Positions 9,368 through 17,932 of a stretch of 64,000 nt of DNA are shown here, piece after piece (the first letter of the stretch is position 1; each line of letters opens with the position of its first letter). The notes under the pieces are model-generated. The model saw only the letters and a list, made by a program, of their open reading frames with translations, made no database searches and was not told the origin of the DNA. This DNA comes from a virus (lineage: Duplodnaviria > Caudoviricetes): positions 10,243 to 74,242 of IMG/VR virus record IMGVR_UViG_3300028886_000082, one strand, 5' to 3'. The translations under genes were made by a program, and so were the position numbers.

Positions 9368-9650
9368 GGCGAAAGATTTAGCAAAAGAGTCATATCCAGA
9401 TTGGGAAATGACTGGTGTTCCTAATTTTGATGGTCAAGAGGAATCAATGGTCAGAGTCCAAAGAGTAGCTTATGTTGAAGGCTACCACCAAGCAGAGAAA
9501 GAACTGATTGATAAAGCTGTCGGGTGGATTAAAGAAATCAACAACCATCACCACATTATGAGATATTCAGATTCTTGCGAGCCACCTCTTAGTGAATTGA
9601 TTGAATGGTTCAAGAATTATATGAAGGAAGAAAGCATTAACTCAAAATAA
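9360..9650 (+). CDS. hypothetical protein
   Basis: 96-aa ORF overlapping the previous gene. Confidence 0.7.
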   Translation: MSKAKDLAKESYPDWEMTGVPNFDGQEESMVRVQRVAYVEGYHQAEKELIDKAVGWIKEINNHHHIMRYSDSCEPPLSELIEWFKNYMKEESINSK

Positions 9651-9652
9651 TT

Positions 9653-11326
9653 ATGGGAATAGCAATTTTAGTAGTAGCAGTCCTTGCAATAGCAGGAGCA
9701 GTAGTGTGGTTCTTCTTGAAGAACAAGAAAGAGCCAAGTGTTAAACCAGAGAAGCCCTCAGAGCCCGTCTCACAGCCTTCCAACCCACCTGTGGATGAAG
9801 TGCCAGCAGAAGAGGAGAAAGAGCCTGAGAAGCCAAAGGATGAGGAGATTAAGCCAGTGGAGGAAGAGAAGCCAGTAATCTCCAAACCAAAGCCTGATGC
9901 GCCAAAGCCTCCTGTTGTAGAGGAAAAGCCAAAGTATGACGAGGAGTTTGAGTCTTATATAGGTAAGTATAGCAAATTTGCCAAAATAGAGAGGGATTCT
10001 TCAACGTATAAATGGTTCTATGAGTTGTTCCGTGAGGCAAAGAGCCAATTGAGAATAGACACCTGTCATGGTTTGCCTATCCTTTTGAAACAAGAGAATT
10101 TCCCCACTCTCTATGAATGGGGAGACGAGGGTGATGCACAAAAGGCACAAGATACTCTTATTGGTTGGCTGTTCTCACTGCAACTTGCAGAATTGAAGCC
10201 CTATTACAGGGCTGACATCTTCAAGGTAGGCTATGAGATGGGTGGCTATGACAGGTATTCCAATATCTATGGTTGGAAATTTGAGTATGACCCCAACATC
10301 ATGCGTATATTGGCAGGTGCTATCTACCCTGCAATGAAAGGCTACTGTAAACCTGTGACAGAGACTTTAAGAAGAGAGGTGGAAGGCACTCGATATAACA
10401 GCACCTTACAGCAGCTCTATGACAACAATAGCCGTGACAATGTTGCTCCAAATGCTTTCTTCACTGACTTCAGAGTATTCATGCCCACAGCCCCTGCTCC
10501 TTATGCCCCTGCTTACTCAAAGAGACCTGACAGGACATACCCCAATGAAGAGAGGGATGAGTATGACAACCTCAAAGTGGATAGGCAGATTCATGAAATG
10601 ATTGTAGAAGCTTATAACCTCAATCAGCCAGAACATTATCAAGAGACTGTGCAGGCAATAGCTGACAAGGAAGTAGAAGCCAAACACATGTTTGGCAAGA
10701 ATAGACAGACCAAGAACTATCAGTTCCACCCTGTATTTGGTGAAGATACCATTGGTATTGAATTGCCAGATGAAGGGGAACTTGCCTCATTTGCCTACCT
10801 TGCATTCAGGACTGGCAGCTCTTCAAGAGGAATCATGCAGAGTGCAACAACCAATCCAGTGCAGTATGGAAGATTAAGACCTGGGTGCAGTTGGAATCAG
10901 GAGGGAAAGAAGAACTCAACAACAGATGATAGAAGGAATATCCTCACCAACTTTGAGATTGAGGATGGTGACGGCTCTCCAACAGGCTACTACGATGCAA
11001 ATGGTAATTGGGTCTATATGGACAATATCCACAACCCCGAAGAGTATGAGGAATACCAGAAGAATGCTCTCTATGCCAACTCATACCCAAGTGGTCATTC
11101 AAGTGGTATGTTCTGTGCTGCTATGCTTCTGGTGGAACTCATGCCAGACAAAGCAGATTTAATCCTGAGAGCTGCAAACCAGTATGCAGTGAACAGGACT
11201 ATATGCAGGTATCACTGGACAAGTGATACTATCAATGGAAGGGTGTTGGGTTCTGCTACCAATGCAGTCTGTCATGCAGCATCTGATTATTACTCAATGC
11301 TTGATAAGATAAAGAAGGAACTATGA
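9653..11326 (+). CDS. membrane-anchored PAP2/class A acid phosphatase-like protein
   Basis: N-terminal TM helix (IAILVVAVLAIAGAVVWFFL), Pro/Glu/Lys linker, C1 YGRLRP, C2 SYPSGHS, C3 NRTICRYHWTSD motifs. Confidence 0.85.
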   Translation: MGIAILVVAVLAIAGAVVWFFLKNKKEPSVKPEKPSEPVSQPSNPPVDEVPAEEEKEPEKPKDEEIKPVEEEKPVISKPKPDAPKPPVVEEKPKYDEEFESYIGKYSKFAKIERDSSTYKWFYELFREAKSQLRIDTCHGLPILLKQENFPTLYEWGDEGDAQKAQDTLIGWLFSLQLAELKPYYRADIFKVGYEMGGYDRYSNIYGWKFEYDPNIMRILAGAIYPAMKGYCKPVTETLRREVEGTRYNSTLQQLYDNNSRDNVAPNAFFTDFRVFMPTAPAPYAPAYSKRPDRTYPNEERDEYDNLKVDRQIHEMIVEAYNLNQPEHYQETVQAIADKEVEAKHMFGKNRQTKNYQFHPVFGEDTIGIELPDEGELASFAYLAFRTGSSSRGIMQSATTNPVQYGRLRPGCSWNQEGKKNSTTDDRRNILTNFEIEDGDGSPTGYYDANGNWVYMDNIHNPEEYEEYQKNALYANSYPSGHSSGMFCAAMLLVELMPDKADLILRAANQYAVNRTICRYHWTSDTINGRVLGSATNAVCHAASDYYSMLDKIKKEL

Positions 11327-11398
11327 TGTCAAGTGGCTTGTTTAGGGTGTTTTTTGTCACCATAGTATTAATTATTATATTTTTTATATTTGATAGAA

Positions 11399-11914
11399 AT
11401 GAACCAGACAGACATTGATAAAGCATTCGAAGGAAGATGGCGAATGAAGGGGTATATCCTCGAAAATATAGACGGAAAAGCTGCAATGGAAATAGCAAGA
11501 GATTTCTTTGAGGCAGGAATTTTACTTGCAGGAGAAGAAGAACTTCCAGTCTGGAGAAAGCCCACTACAATAGTTGAAGCTGATATACCACCGGAATGCC
11601 TAGTAAGAGAGTCTGACATACTTACAGTTGAGGACACTTTTAACAAGTGGTGGGATCTCTACGACCTTAAATGTGGCAAGGAGAACTGCATGAAAAAGTG
11701 GAAAAAGCTTACTGCATCGGAACAAATTGATTGTATTAAGGCAACTCCGGCTTACGTTGCATCTACCCCTGACAAACAATTCAGAAAGCGACCTCTTACA
11801 TATCTCAATCAGAAAGCATGGAACGACGAAATAATAATTAAAAACAATGGAACAAACAAACCTACCGCAGACCAGCAGCGCCTTGACCGCCTTGCCGACA
11901 TCCTCTCTGAGTAG
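11399..11914 (+). CDS. phage replication initiator/replisome-organiser-like protein
   Basis: FNKWWDLYDLKCGKENCMKKWKKL...RKRPLTYLNQKAWNDE C-terminal domain typical of phage initiators. Confidence 0.65.
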   Translation: MNQTDIDKAFEGRWRMKGYILENIDGKAAMEIARDFFEAGILLAGEEELPVWRKPTTIVEADIPPECLVRESDILTVEDTFNKWWDLYDLKCGKENCMKKWKKLTASEQIDCIKATPAYVASTPDKQFRKRPLTYLNQKAWNDEIIIKNNGTNKPTADQQRLDRLADILSE

Positions 11915-12479
11915 CCCGGATAAGATTGCCCGTGCCATTCAGTCTTTTGGTGACGATTACCGCGAAATGGTTTTTTGCAAATACCAGAAGCCGATGGGAA
12001 TCACCAAGGCTGTAGAGGCTAAGGCCCCTACCTTCCACGATGTATCTGCATTTTGGGGTGAAAGTAGTACCAGGTTTTGGCTGCGTTTCCATATTGCTGA
12101 GACCTTTGCTTTCCTTGGTATTTACGATACCGCTTCAAAGTACCAAGTGCAACATACTGCCGATCTTATCATGCAGCATGAAATTTACGGTCAGCTTACG
12201 CTCTCTGAATTCCTCTGCTTTCTACAGCGCTTCAAAATGGGGGCTTACGGAAAGATTTACAATTCGGCTCGCCCTAACCCGCAGGAGTTCTTGATGTGCC
12301 TGCAACCTTTCTGGAATGAACTATGTCACGAACGTGCCAAGGCAGCAGAGAAAGCTCGCCAAGAACGTATATCCCGCGAACTCCATAACCCAGATAATAT
12401 GACAAGGGAAGAGTACGACGAAATCATGATGCTGCAGCGAATGTACGAAATGGTGATACCAGGAAGAAAGAATCCCTAA
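11847..12479 (+). CDS. putative helicase loader (DUF6633-like)
   Basis: Follows and overlaps the initiator; LTLSEFLCFLQRFKMGAYGKIY motif recalled from Bacteroidales phage proteins. Confidence 0.5.
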   Translation: MEQTNLPQTSSALTALPTSSLSSPDKIARAIQSFGDDYREMVFCKYQKPMGITKAVEAKAPTFHDVSAFWGESSTRFWLRFHIAETFAFLGIYDTASKYQVQHTADLIMQHEIYGQLTLSEFLCFLQRFKMGAYGKIYNSARPNPQEFLMCLQPFWNELCHERAKAAEKARQERISRELHNPDNMTREEYDEIMMLQRMYEMVIPGRKNP

Positions 12480-12482
12480 AAC

Positions 12483-12520
12483 AAAGCCCAACTACCTTTA
12501 TTGGTGGCTGGGCTTTTTTT
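12483..12520. terminator. bidirectional intrinsic terminator
   Basis: AAAGCCCA-A-CTACC-loop-GGTGG-C-TGGGCTTT followed by a T-run, between convergent genes. Confidence 0.8.
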
Positions 12521-12920
12521 ATTCGTGACACTTCGGACAAACCGCCATAGCTACCGCCGGAAATAGATTCCTGGCGATTTCCCCTTGTAGATAAGCAGCA
12601 GTTTCACTCTTGGGGTTTACGCCATAATAGTCGCTAATATGCTCCACACAATGCTTTAGTTCGTGCATGATGGTATCAAACATTTCGTCAGCTGATGTGG
12701 TCTCGCTGGCGAATAACAACGTAAACTGCCCCTCTGGAGAAGTAAACGCATAGCCGTTGTTCTTCCTTGAAAGTACCATGCAGGCATGACGTGCTTCATC
12801 ATCCGGGCAACCACTTGCCATCAATGCATTATAGATATCACCAAGGTTCTTTTCCTTGATGTCGAAGCTGGCCATGATCCACCAGTCACGTTCGCCTATA
12901 TAAAACCCAGTCTGTATCAT
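12519..12920 (-). CDS. small HExxH putative zinc metallopeptidase
   Basis: TIMHELKHCVEH...SETAAYLQG; ATG at 12920 overlaps the upstream TGA. Confidence 0.65.
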   Translation of the reverse strand: MIQTGFYIGERDWWIMASFDIKEKNLGDIYNALMASGCPDDEARHACMVLSRKNNGYAFTSPEGQFTLLFASETTSADEMFDTIMHELKHCVEHISDYYGVNPKSETAAYLQGEIARNLFPAVAMAVCPKCHE

Positions 12921-13306
12921 AGCATTCTTTCCCACATAATAGGGATTCCCTTTACGTCCATTTTTGCCCTAAAACACGCAAAAACAAACTCCGTGGAACC
13001 ATCCGGATCACAAAGAGTGTCCTTTACGTATAGGGCAACGTGGGTTTTGTCGGATAAACTGCTGCCTAAGAAATCGGCTCGCGCCATATTGGCGACATAC
13101 CAACAATCATAAATACACTCCTCTCCTATCTTGTTTCGGAAAGGTGCAATCATGCTCTCCACCTCTTCTATTGTATATGGCTCTATTCTCTTTCCATCAC
13201 GCTCCATCATGGATATGGCCCACTCTGCCATCTTCTTCGAGAAATGGCCTTTATAGTGATCCATATACTGAGCCTCTTCTTCTGTAATGATATATCTTAC
13301 TTCCAT
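12917..13306 (-). CDS. conserved phage hypothetical protein
   Basis: YKGHFSKKMAEWAISMM...YDCWYVANMARADF...DPDG. Confidence 0.75.
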   Translation of the reverse strand: MEVRYIITEEEAQYMDHYKGHFSKKMAEWAISMMERDGKRIEPYTIEEVESMIAPFRNKIGEECIYDCWYVANMARADFLGSSLSDKTHVALYVKDTLCDPDGSTEFVFACFRAKMDVKGIPIMWERML

Positions 13307-13357
13307 ATCAAAAACGCATTTATTCCAATTTTAAACCTTGATTTTGTAACTTTTCCG

Positions 13358-13400
13358 CAAAAAGGGCAGATACAAACCCCGAAAAGTCATATCTGCCCTC
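13358..13400 (-). terminator. intrinsic terminator
   Basis: 10-bp stem AGGGCAGATA/TATCTGCCCT followed by TTTTT on the minus strand. Confidence 0.7.
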
Positions 13401-13407
13401 ATTTTGT

Positions 13408-13674
13408 CTATCGTCCATAACGGGAATGAGAAGAACCCATTCTCATACCAGACTCACTGCCCTGCGAAATCTGTTCTTGAGCGTCTTCGAAGCCGTGCTT
13501 GTAACCCTCACAGTAACCTTCCTCGTACTTATCGTCCTTGTAGTTACCCATGCGGTAGTCACCTGCACCTGGGTTGCCATCCATACGACGGAAACCGTTC
13601 TGCATCATTTTCTCACGCATTTTCTCACGCATCTCGTCGCTACCGTTTTTGCTGTCTACAATGATATAACTCAT
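13408..13674 (-). CDS. small Gly/Met/Arg-rich protein
   Basis: MREKMREKMM, YEEGYCEGYKHGFEDA. Confidence 0.7.
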   Translation of the reverse strand: MSYIIVDSKNGSDEMREKMREKMMQNGFRRMDGNPGAGDYRMGNYKDDKYEEGYCEGYKHGFEDAQEQISQGSESGMRMGSSHSRYGR

Positions 13675-13704
13675 AGTTTTGTCCTTTCTTTACTTTAGTG
13701 GATA

Positions 13705-14217
13705 TTAAGGAGCCTTGGGGGCAATCTTCTGCACCAGTGCGTAGATGTCTGATAGCATTTTCTCTTGCTTGTCTGCACGTTCCTGCAAGTCTTGAATGGT
13801 TTTTGCCTGCTGCTTGTTCTCAGCGTACTGAGGATTCAGGGTTTCCATCATCTTCTCGCTTTCTGCAATTACATTCTCGTGGTAGGGTATTTGCTCCAAG
13901 GCCTTCTTTGAGGTCTGCAGCATGGCATCTACGGCTTGCAGCATAGCCTCACGGCTTCCGCTGAAGGTGACGTTACCTCTTTGTGCTATTTCTACATTGA
14001 TAGGAATCTCACCAAAGGTTTCATCCTTGCCGTTGATGGTCGCTACCACGTCAATCACTTGCTGCATCTGCATACCTTGCATGAGGTTTGGGGTCTGCGT
14101 AGGGAACTTTGCCCTCGGTTGACCCTTTGACTTTACTACACCGACTTCTAGCACCGGCTTTTCTCCTTGACGGAGAATATAGAACGGACTGCCTTGTCCT
14201 AAACTCTGAAAATCCAT
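13705..14217 (-). CDS. hypothetical protein (beta-rich N-terminus, coiled-coil C-terminus)
   Basis: 170-aa ORF in the minus-strand operon. Confidence 0.75.
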   Translation of the reverse strand: MDFQSLGQGSPFYILRQGEKPVLEVGVVKSKGQPRAKFPTQTPNLMQGMQMQQVIDVVATINGKDETFGEIPINVEIAQRGNVTFSGSREAMLQAVDAMLQTSKKALEQIPYHENVIAESEKMMETLNPQYAENKQQAKTIQDLQERADKQEKMLSDIYALVQKIAPKAP

Positions 14218-14248
14218 AATTCTATACTTTTTGATTGATAACTCTTTT

Positions 14249-14587
14249 TTACGCTGGTACGTTCATCAACTGGAGCACCCCATTGAATCTGTCATTGAAT
14301 ATCAGAAGTACACCCGTCCCCGTGATGTCGGCAGCTGTTACGGCTGATCCGTCCATATTCGTAAGGTTGCGTGTAGAACCGTTCAATGTGATAGTAATGG
14401 GTAGTGTGCCAGTCGTGCCCGTAGGAATGGCATTGGTGATGCGTACCGTAAAGTAGCCCACAGGGGGCAGGGGGCGACGGATGAAGCCAAGAGCAAAATC
14501 AACGGCCTCTGTTCCTACAGTCGTGTTTGTAGTTGAGATATAGGGAATGCCGCCCATATTGGTTATGAAGCTATTGTTGCAATTCAT
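14249..14587 (-). CDS. small beta-rich hypothetical protein
   Basis: 112-aa Thr/Gly-rich ORF in operon. Confidence 0.75.
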   Translation of the reverse strand: MNCNNSFITNMGGIPYISTTNTTVGTEAVDFALGFIRRPLPPVGYFTVRITNAIPTGTTGTLPITITLNGSTRNLTNMDGSAVTAADITGTGVLLIFNDRFNGVLQLMNVPA

Positions 14588-14604
14588 AATCCTGCCCTCC
14601 TTTC

Positions 14605-15495
14605 TTAGAACGTACCGAATCCGTATCCGTAGGCACCCATATACGGAGTGTTGTTCACAGCCGTAAGGTTAGGCCACTGAACAGGTACGGTGTTAGGCTG
14701 CTTGTCGGCAATCTCGGTCACCTTAGCTGCAAGTGGAGCAATCAGTGAGTTCACGTAACCAGTGATCTGTGCGGTCTGCTGGGCGTTGTCAATCTGTCCG
14801 CGAAGCTGGGTGATAATCTCTGCCTGCGTGTCAATCTTGGCCTGCATATCACGCTCACGGGCCTGACAGAACTGATCGTTCATGGCTACGGTCTGCGCGT
14901 TAATAGCTGCAATCACAGCGTTGTTGTTGCGGTCTGCCTGACTTGACAGCTGGTTCGTCTGATTCAGAGTTGCAATCTGACTCTCATAACCCTGCTGAGT
15001 CACGAGCAGCTTGTTCTCGCAGCAACACTGAGCAAACTTCGAGGCTAGGTCACAGTTGCCTGCCTGGATAGAGTTGATGACCTGCAGTGTGCTCATGCCC
15101 TGCTGTGCGGCAAGTGTAGCGAGCGAACTCTGAACGTTCTGAACTGCGCTGTTCACGGTTGCATAGTCTTGACCAAGCATGGTTGCAAGGTTCTGGATGG
15201 CTGATCGTGAAGCCTCACCATTGCTGTTGATGGCGTTCATGATCAACTCACGGCCAGAATCGTTGTTCAACTGGTTGCTGATAAAGCCTGCGCCGCCTGC
15301 ATTACCTCCCCAGCCGCCACCGAAGCCGCCGTTGTTCCAACCGAAGATGGAGGCAATGATTGCCAGTCCGAACAAGTCTACGATACCATTCATGCCGTTG
15401 CCGAAGCCGAAGCCTCCGTTACCCATACCGCCAATGGGGATGGTGAATTGTGGCGTATTGCCCGAATTTTCGGGAATCTGATAAATATCTGCCAT
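14605..15495 (-). CDS. conserved gut-phage protein with Gly-rich N-terminus, hydrophobic segment, CCC motif and coiled coil
   Basis: GLAIIASIFGWNNGGFGGG, KFAQCCCENKLL, coiled-coil C-terminal half, ends YGYGFGTF. Confidence 0.8.
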   Translation of the reverse strand: MADIYQIPENSGNTPQFTIPIGGMGNGGFGFGNGMNGIVDLFGLAIIASIFGWNNGGFGGGWGGNAGGAGFISNQLNNDSGRELIMNAINSNGEASRSAIQNLATMLGQDYATVNSAVQNVQSSLATLAAQQGMSTLQVINSIQAGNCDLASKFAQCCCENKLLVTQQGYESQIATLNQTNQLSSQADRNNNAVIAAINAQTVAMNDQFCQARERDMQAKIDTQAEIITQLRGQIDNAQQTAQITGYVNSLIAPLAAKVTEIADKQPNTVPVQWPNLTAVNNTPYMGAYGYGFGTF

Positions 15496-15564
15496 AATGT
15501 TTTGTTGTTTTTAATTTTGTAAATTGTTGAAAAACTCTCGTGGTGTCGTTGCGCATTGACCCCA

Positions 15565-15572
15565 CAAAGATA
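15565..15572 (-). promoter_or_regulatory. Bacteroidetes -7 promoter element for the 15.5-13.4 kb operon
   Basis: TATCTTTG on the minus strand about 70 nt upstream of the ATG at 15495. Confidence 0.6.
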
Positions 15573-15635
15573 CCGCTAAACATTATGGTTTCTGTTACCC
15601 TTGCAACCCTTTAAGACCTCGTTTGGTGAGGTCAT

Positions 15636-15863
15636 TTAACATTCCGAATCTAACCTTTTGATAGCCCTTTCAACCGTTTCTCTGCCTATGTGGTAGTCTT
15701 CCGCTAACAATCTGACACATTCGCGGTACTTCACACCGTTCCGTCTCATTATCTGGAACTCTTCATACATCTTCACGAATCGCCAATCATCCCTGTTGAC
15801 CTCATTTTCTGACATCAACTTTAACATTTCACCACCGATTTTCAATAATTCTACCACTTTCAT
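15636..15863 (-). CDS. small HTH DNA-binding protein
   Basis: MKVVELLKIG...YRECVRLLAEDYHIGRETVERAIKRL, C-terminal HTH pattern. Confidence 0.75.
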   Translation of the reverse strand: MKVVELLKIGGEMLKLMSENEVNRDDWRFVKMYEEFQIMRRNGVKYRECVRLLAEDYHIGRETVERAIKRLDSEC

Positions 15864-15910
15864 AGTGCAAAATTTTGGTTGTCTCAATTATTATCTTTAA
15901 CTTTGCACCT

Positions 15911-16040
15911 GCTTCACTTTATCTGCAATACATAAATATACCGCTGAGTAGGTCACAGGGCATACGTCCCCCGGCACCCGCTCAGCGGTTTCATTGTAGG
16001 AAAGTGAAGCGTCTTATTATGAAAGCCGGGGGACTTTTTT
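15911..16040 (+). ncRNA. candidate structured small RNA (long hairpin plus 10-bp loop-tail pairing, ending in a U-tract)
   Basis: TAACTTTG at 15898-15905; stems 15911-20/16001-10 and 15940-48/15981-89; loop 15966-75 is perfectly complementary to 16025-34; T6 follows. Confidence 0.65.
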
Positions 16041-16055
16041 ATTTCCCCCGATTTC

Positions 16056-16373
16056 TCAAGTTTGCCCTACTGCATAACCCTTAGTATTGGCAAACTGTAT
16101 CATTGTTGGCTCTTCCGTCAGATAAATCCTTACGTATCTGTACTTCGTCGAGCCGTATATCCTTATTCTAAACTCTGGGCCGCTCCAAGGGGTTATTTTA
16201 GCCTTTGGCCAAGGGCCATCAAGTGTTTCTGCCTTTTTGATAACAAGCCTGCCCTTATCAGGCAGAGTAACTTCGAGCCAGCAGTCACCAGTTAGGCACC
16301 ATATTTCCGACACCCAAGCGTTACTTTCTTCGCTCCAGGCACCGTTGATAGTAGTGATTTCTCCGTTCCTCAT
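16056..16373 (-). CDS. hypothetical virion-module protein
   Basis: ATG at 16373 adjacent to the upstream stop; beta-rich. Confidence 0.7.
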   Translation of the reverse strand: MRNGEITTINGAWSEESNAWVSEIWCLTGDCWLEVTLPDKGRLVIKKAETLDGPWPKAKITPWSGPEFRIRIYGSTKYRYVRIYLTEEPTMIQFANTKGYAVGQT

Positions 16374-16374
16374 G

Positions 16375-17097
16375 CTATTGTCTCTGTTTATCCTCAGTCC
16401 TGCCAAGATTCAGTGTAGCTACATCATACATTCCCTTTGCCCTTGCGTCTCCGTATGCGGTAAGAAGCAGATAGGCTAGGTAATAGATGAAGCTGGTCTC
16501 TACCTGCGTCGGAATCCCAACCTCTGTGGAGTCGTTGTTGAGGTTTCCCAAGTCAGAAGTGGAGAGTGCCTTGATATAGGTTATGGTAAACGTTCCCGTT
16601 CCAGGCCACACCTCCACCTTCTTCGTCTTTGTATTCATCAGCGATGCCTGCGGACGGTCAACGGTGGCTTCTGCTCCATTTGTATCATGTACCTGCAGAT
16701 ATTCGTCGCTGTCTTCTTTGATAAGCGAGTCACCAAGAATGGCCCTGTGCCAACCCGTGCCCTTCACGCGCACCACCCTTACAAGCGTTTCCGTAGGTGT
16801 AAGTACGTTGTTGGTCGCGGTAAGGCTGTCCTCGTGGATGATGTCTATGACGTTTGATGATGATCCTGAGCCGGAACCCGAACCACTAACGCCACTTAGC
16901 TGTTCGGCAGGTGCATATAGGCATACCCATCTGAGTGCGGCAGGTATCTTGTTGCGGATGATGTTATTCATCAGCCCAAGATCTGTATGTGTACCGCCAT
17001 CAAAGTCGTATGCTGATACATCTTCGATGTTGGCTGCATTTACAGCTTCCTCGTCGATGCACCAGCGCACAGCCTTAATGATTTGTCCTACGGTCAT
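16375..17097 (-). CDS. putative head-tail adaptor
   Basis: Downstream of the capsid gene; MTVGQIIKAVR... start and IYYLAYLLLTAYGD C-terminal helix typical of adaptors. Confidence 0.5.
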   Translation of the reverse strand: MTVGQIIKAVRWCIDEEAVNAANIEDVSAYDFDGGTHTDLGLMNNIIRNKIPAALRWVCLYAPAEQLSGVSGSGSGSGSSSNVIDIIHEDSLTATNNVLTPTETLVRVVRVKGTGWHRAILGDSLIKEDSDEYLQVHDTNGAEATVDRPQASLMNTKTKKVEVWPGTGTFTITYIKALSTSDLGNLNNDSTEVGIPTQVETSFIYYLAYLLLTAYGDARAKGMYDVATLNLGRTEDKQRQ

Positions 17098-17100
17098 AGA

Positions 17101-17439
17101 TTACTCGCTCTTTGCTTCGTAACGTCCGTCGGCCCATGTCTCAATAGTGCCACCTTCACCAATACCAGCCGTGATAGCCGAACTGATTGCACTTGTGATA
17201 GCACCCTCTGAACCAAGGGCTGCAGTGATAGCGCCACTGATAGCGGTTGTAATGGCTCCATTCTCACCAAGTGCGGAAGTAATCTCTAAGGCCACAAGCT
17301 GCGAGAATGTTTTCTTTCCATCCTCGTCAGCAAGCATGGTGAGAATCTCCTTCAAGCTGTCAAACTTACTATCTGAATTAACGGCATTAAGCAAGGCGTC
17401 GTTAGCCTCTTCATGCTTCTTGTCTGAAAACTTTCCCAT
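17101..17439 (-). CDS. small structural protein with AIT-rich repeats
   Basis: ITSALGENGAITTAISGAITAALGSEGAITSAISSAITAGIGEGG. Confidence 0.65.
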   Translation of the reverse strand: MGKFSDKKHEEANDALLNAVNSDSKFDSLKEILTMLADEDGKKTFSQLVALEITSALGENGAITTAISGAITAALGSEGAITSAISSAITAGIGEGGTIETWADGRYEAKSE

Positions 17440-17447
17440 TGTCGTAC

Positions 17448-17870
17448 TTAGTTATCGTTGGTTTTTTCTTTCATATTTGGAAACTCAACACCCTTCTGAT
17501 ATGCGATCTTAACGGCCTGCTTTGCGGTCTTTACCACGATACCCCATGTGTTAAACACATATTCGATGGCCTGATCTGGCGAAGTAATGTTGTCAATCTG
17601 AACCTTGCTTGGCTTTTCTGCGGCCTTTGCAGTCTTTGGTTCGTCATCAATCACGCGCTCAAGCTGGATAATGCCACGCTTGAACAGGTCGTTATTCTCC
17701 AGCAAGTCCTGATAGAATGGGTCTCTAAGAGTGCAACGTGCAGGCATATTCGGCATGAACTGATTGCCGTCCTTGAACGTGTAGGTCACCGTCATCTTTC
17801 CACCGTTTACGGGAATGTCGAAGATGGCGATGTTTCTCTTCTGATTAAGCTTATAAATCTTTGTTGCCAT
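17448..17870 (-). CDS. hypothetical head-module protein
   Basis: 140-aa ORF immediately after the capsid terminator. Confidence 0.7.
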   Translation of the reverse strand: MATKIYKLNQKRNIAIFDIPVNGGKMTVTYTFKDGNQFMPNMPARCTLRDPFYQDLLENNDLFKRGIIQLERVIDDEPKTAKAAEKPSKVQIDNITSPDQAIEYVFNTWGIVVKTAKQAVKIAYQKGVEFPNMKEKTNDN

Positions 17871-17891
17871 AACTTATTGTGTTAAAAACAA

Positions 17892-17921
17892 GGTAGGCCA
17901 CACCCTTTTGTGTAGCCTACC
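17892..17921 (-). terminator. intrinsic terminator after the major capsid gene
   Basis: GGTAGGC...GCCTACC stem with inner CACA/TGTG pairing, followed by TTGTTTTT on the minus strand. Confidence 0.7.
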
Positions 17922-17932
17922 ATTATTAGGAT

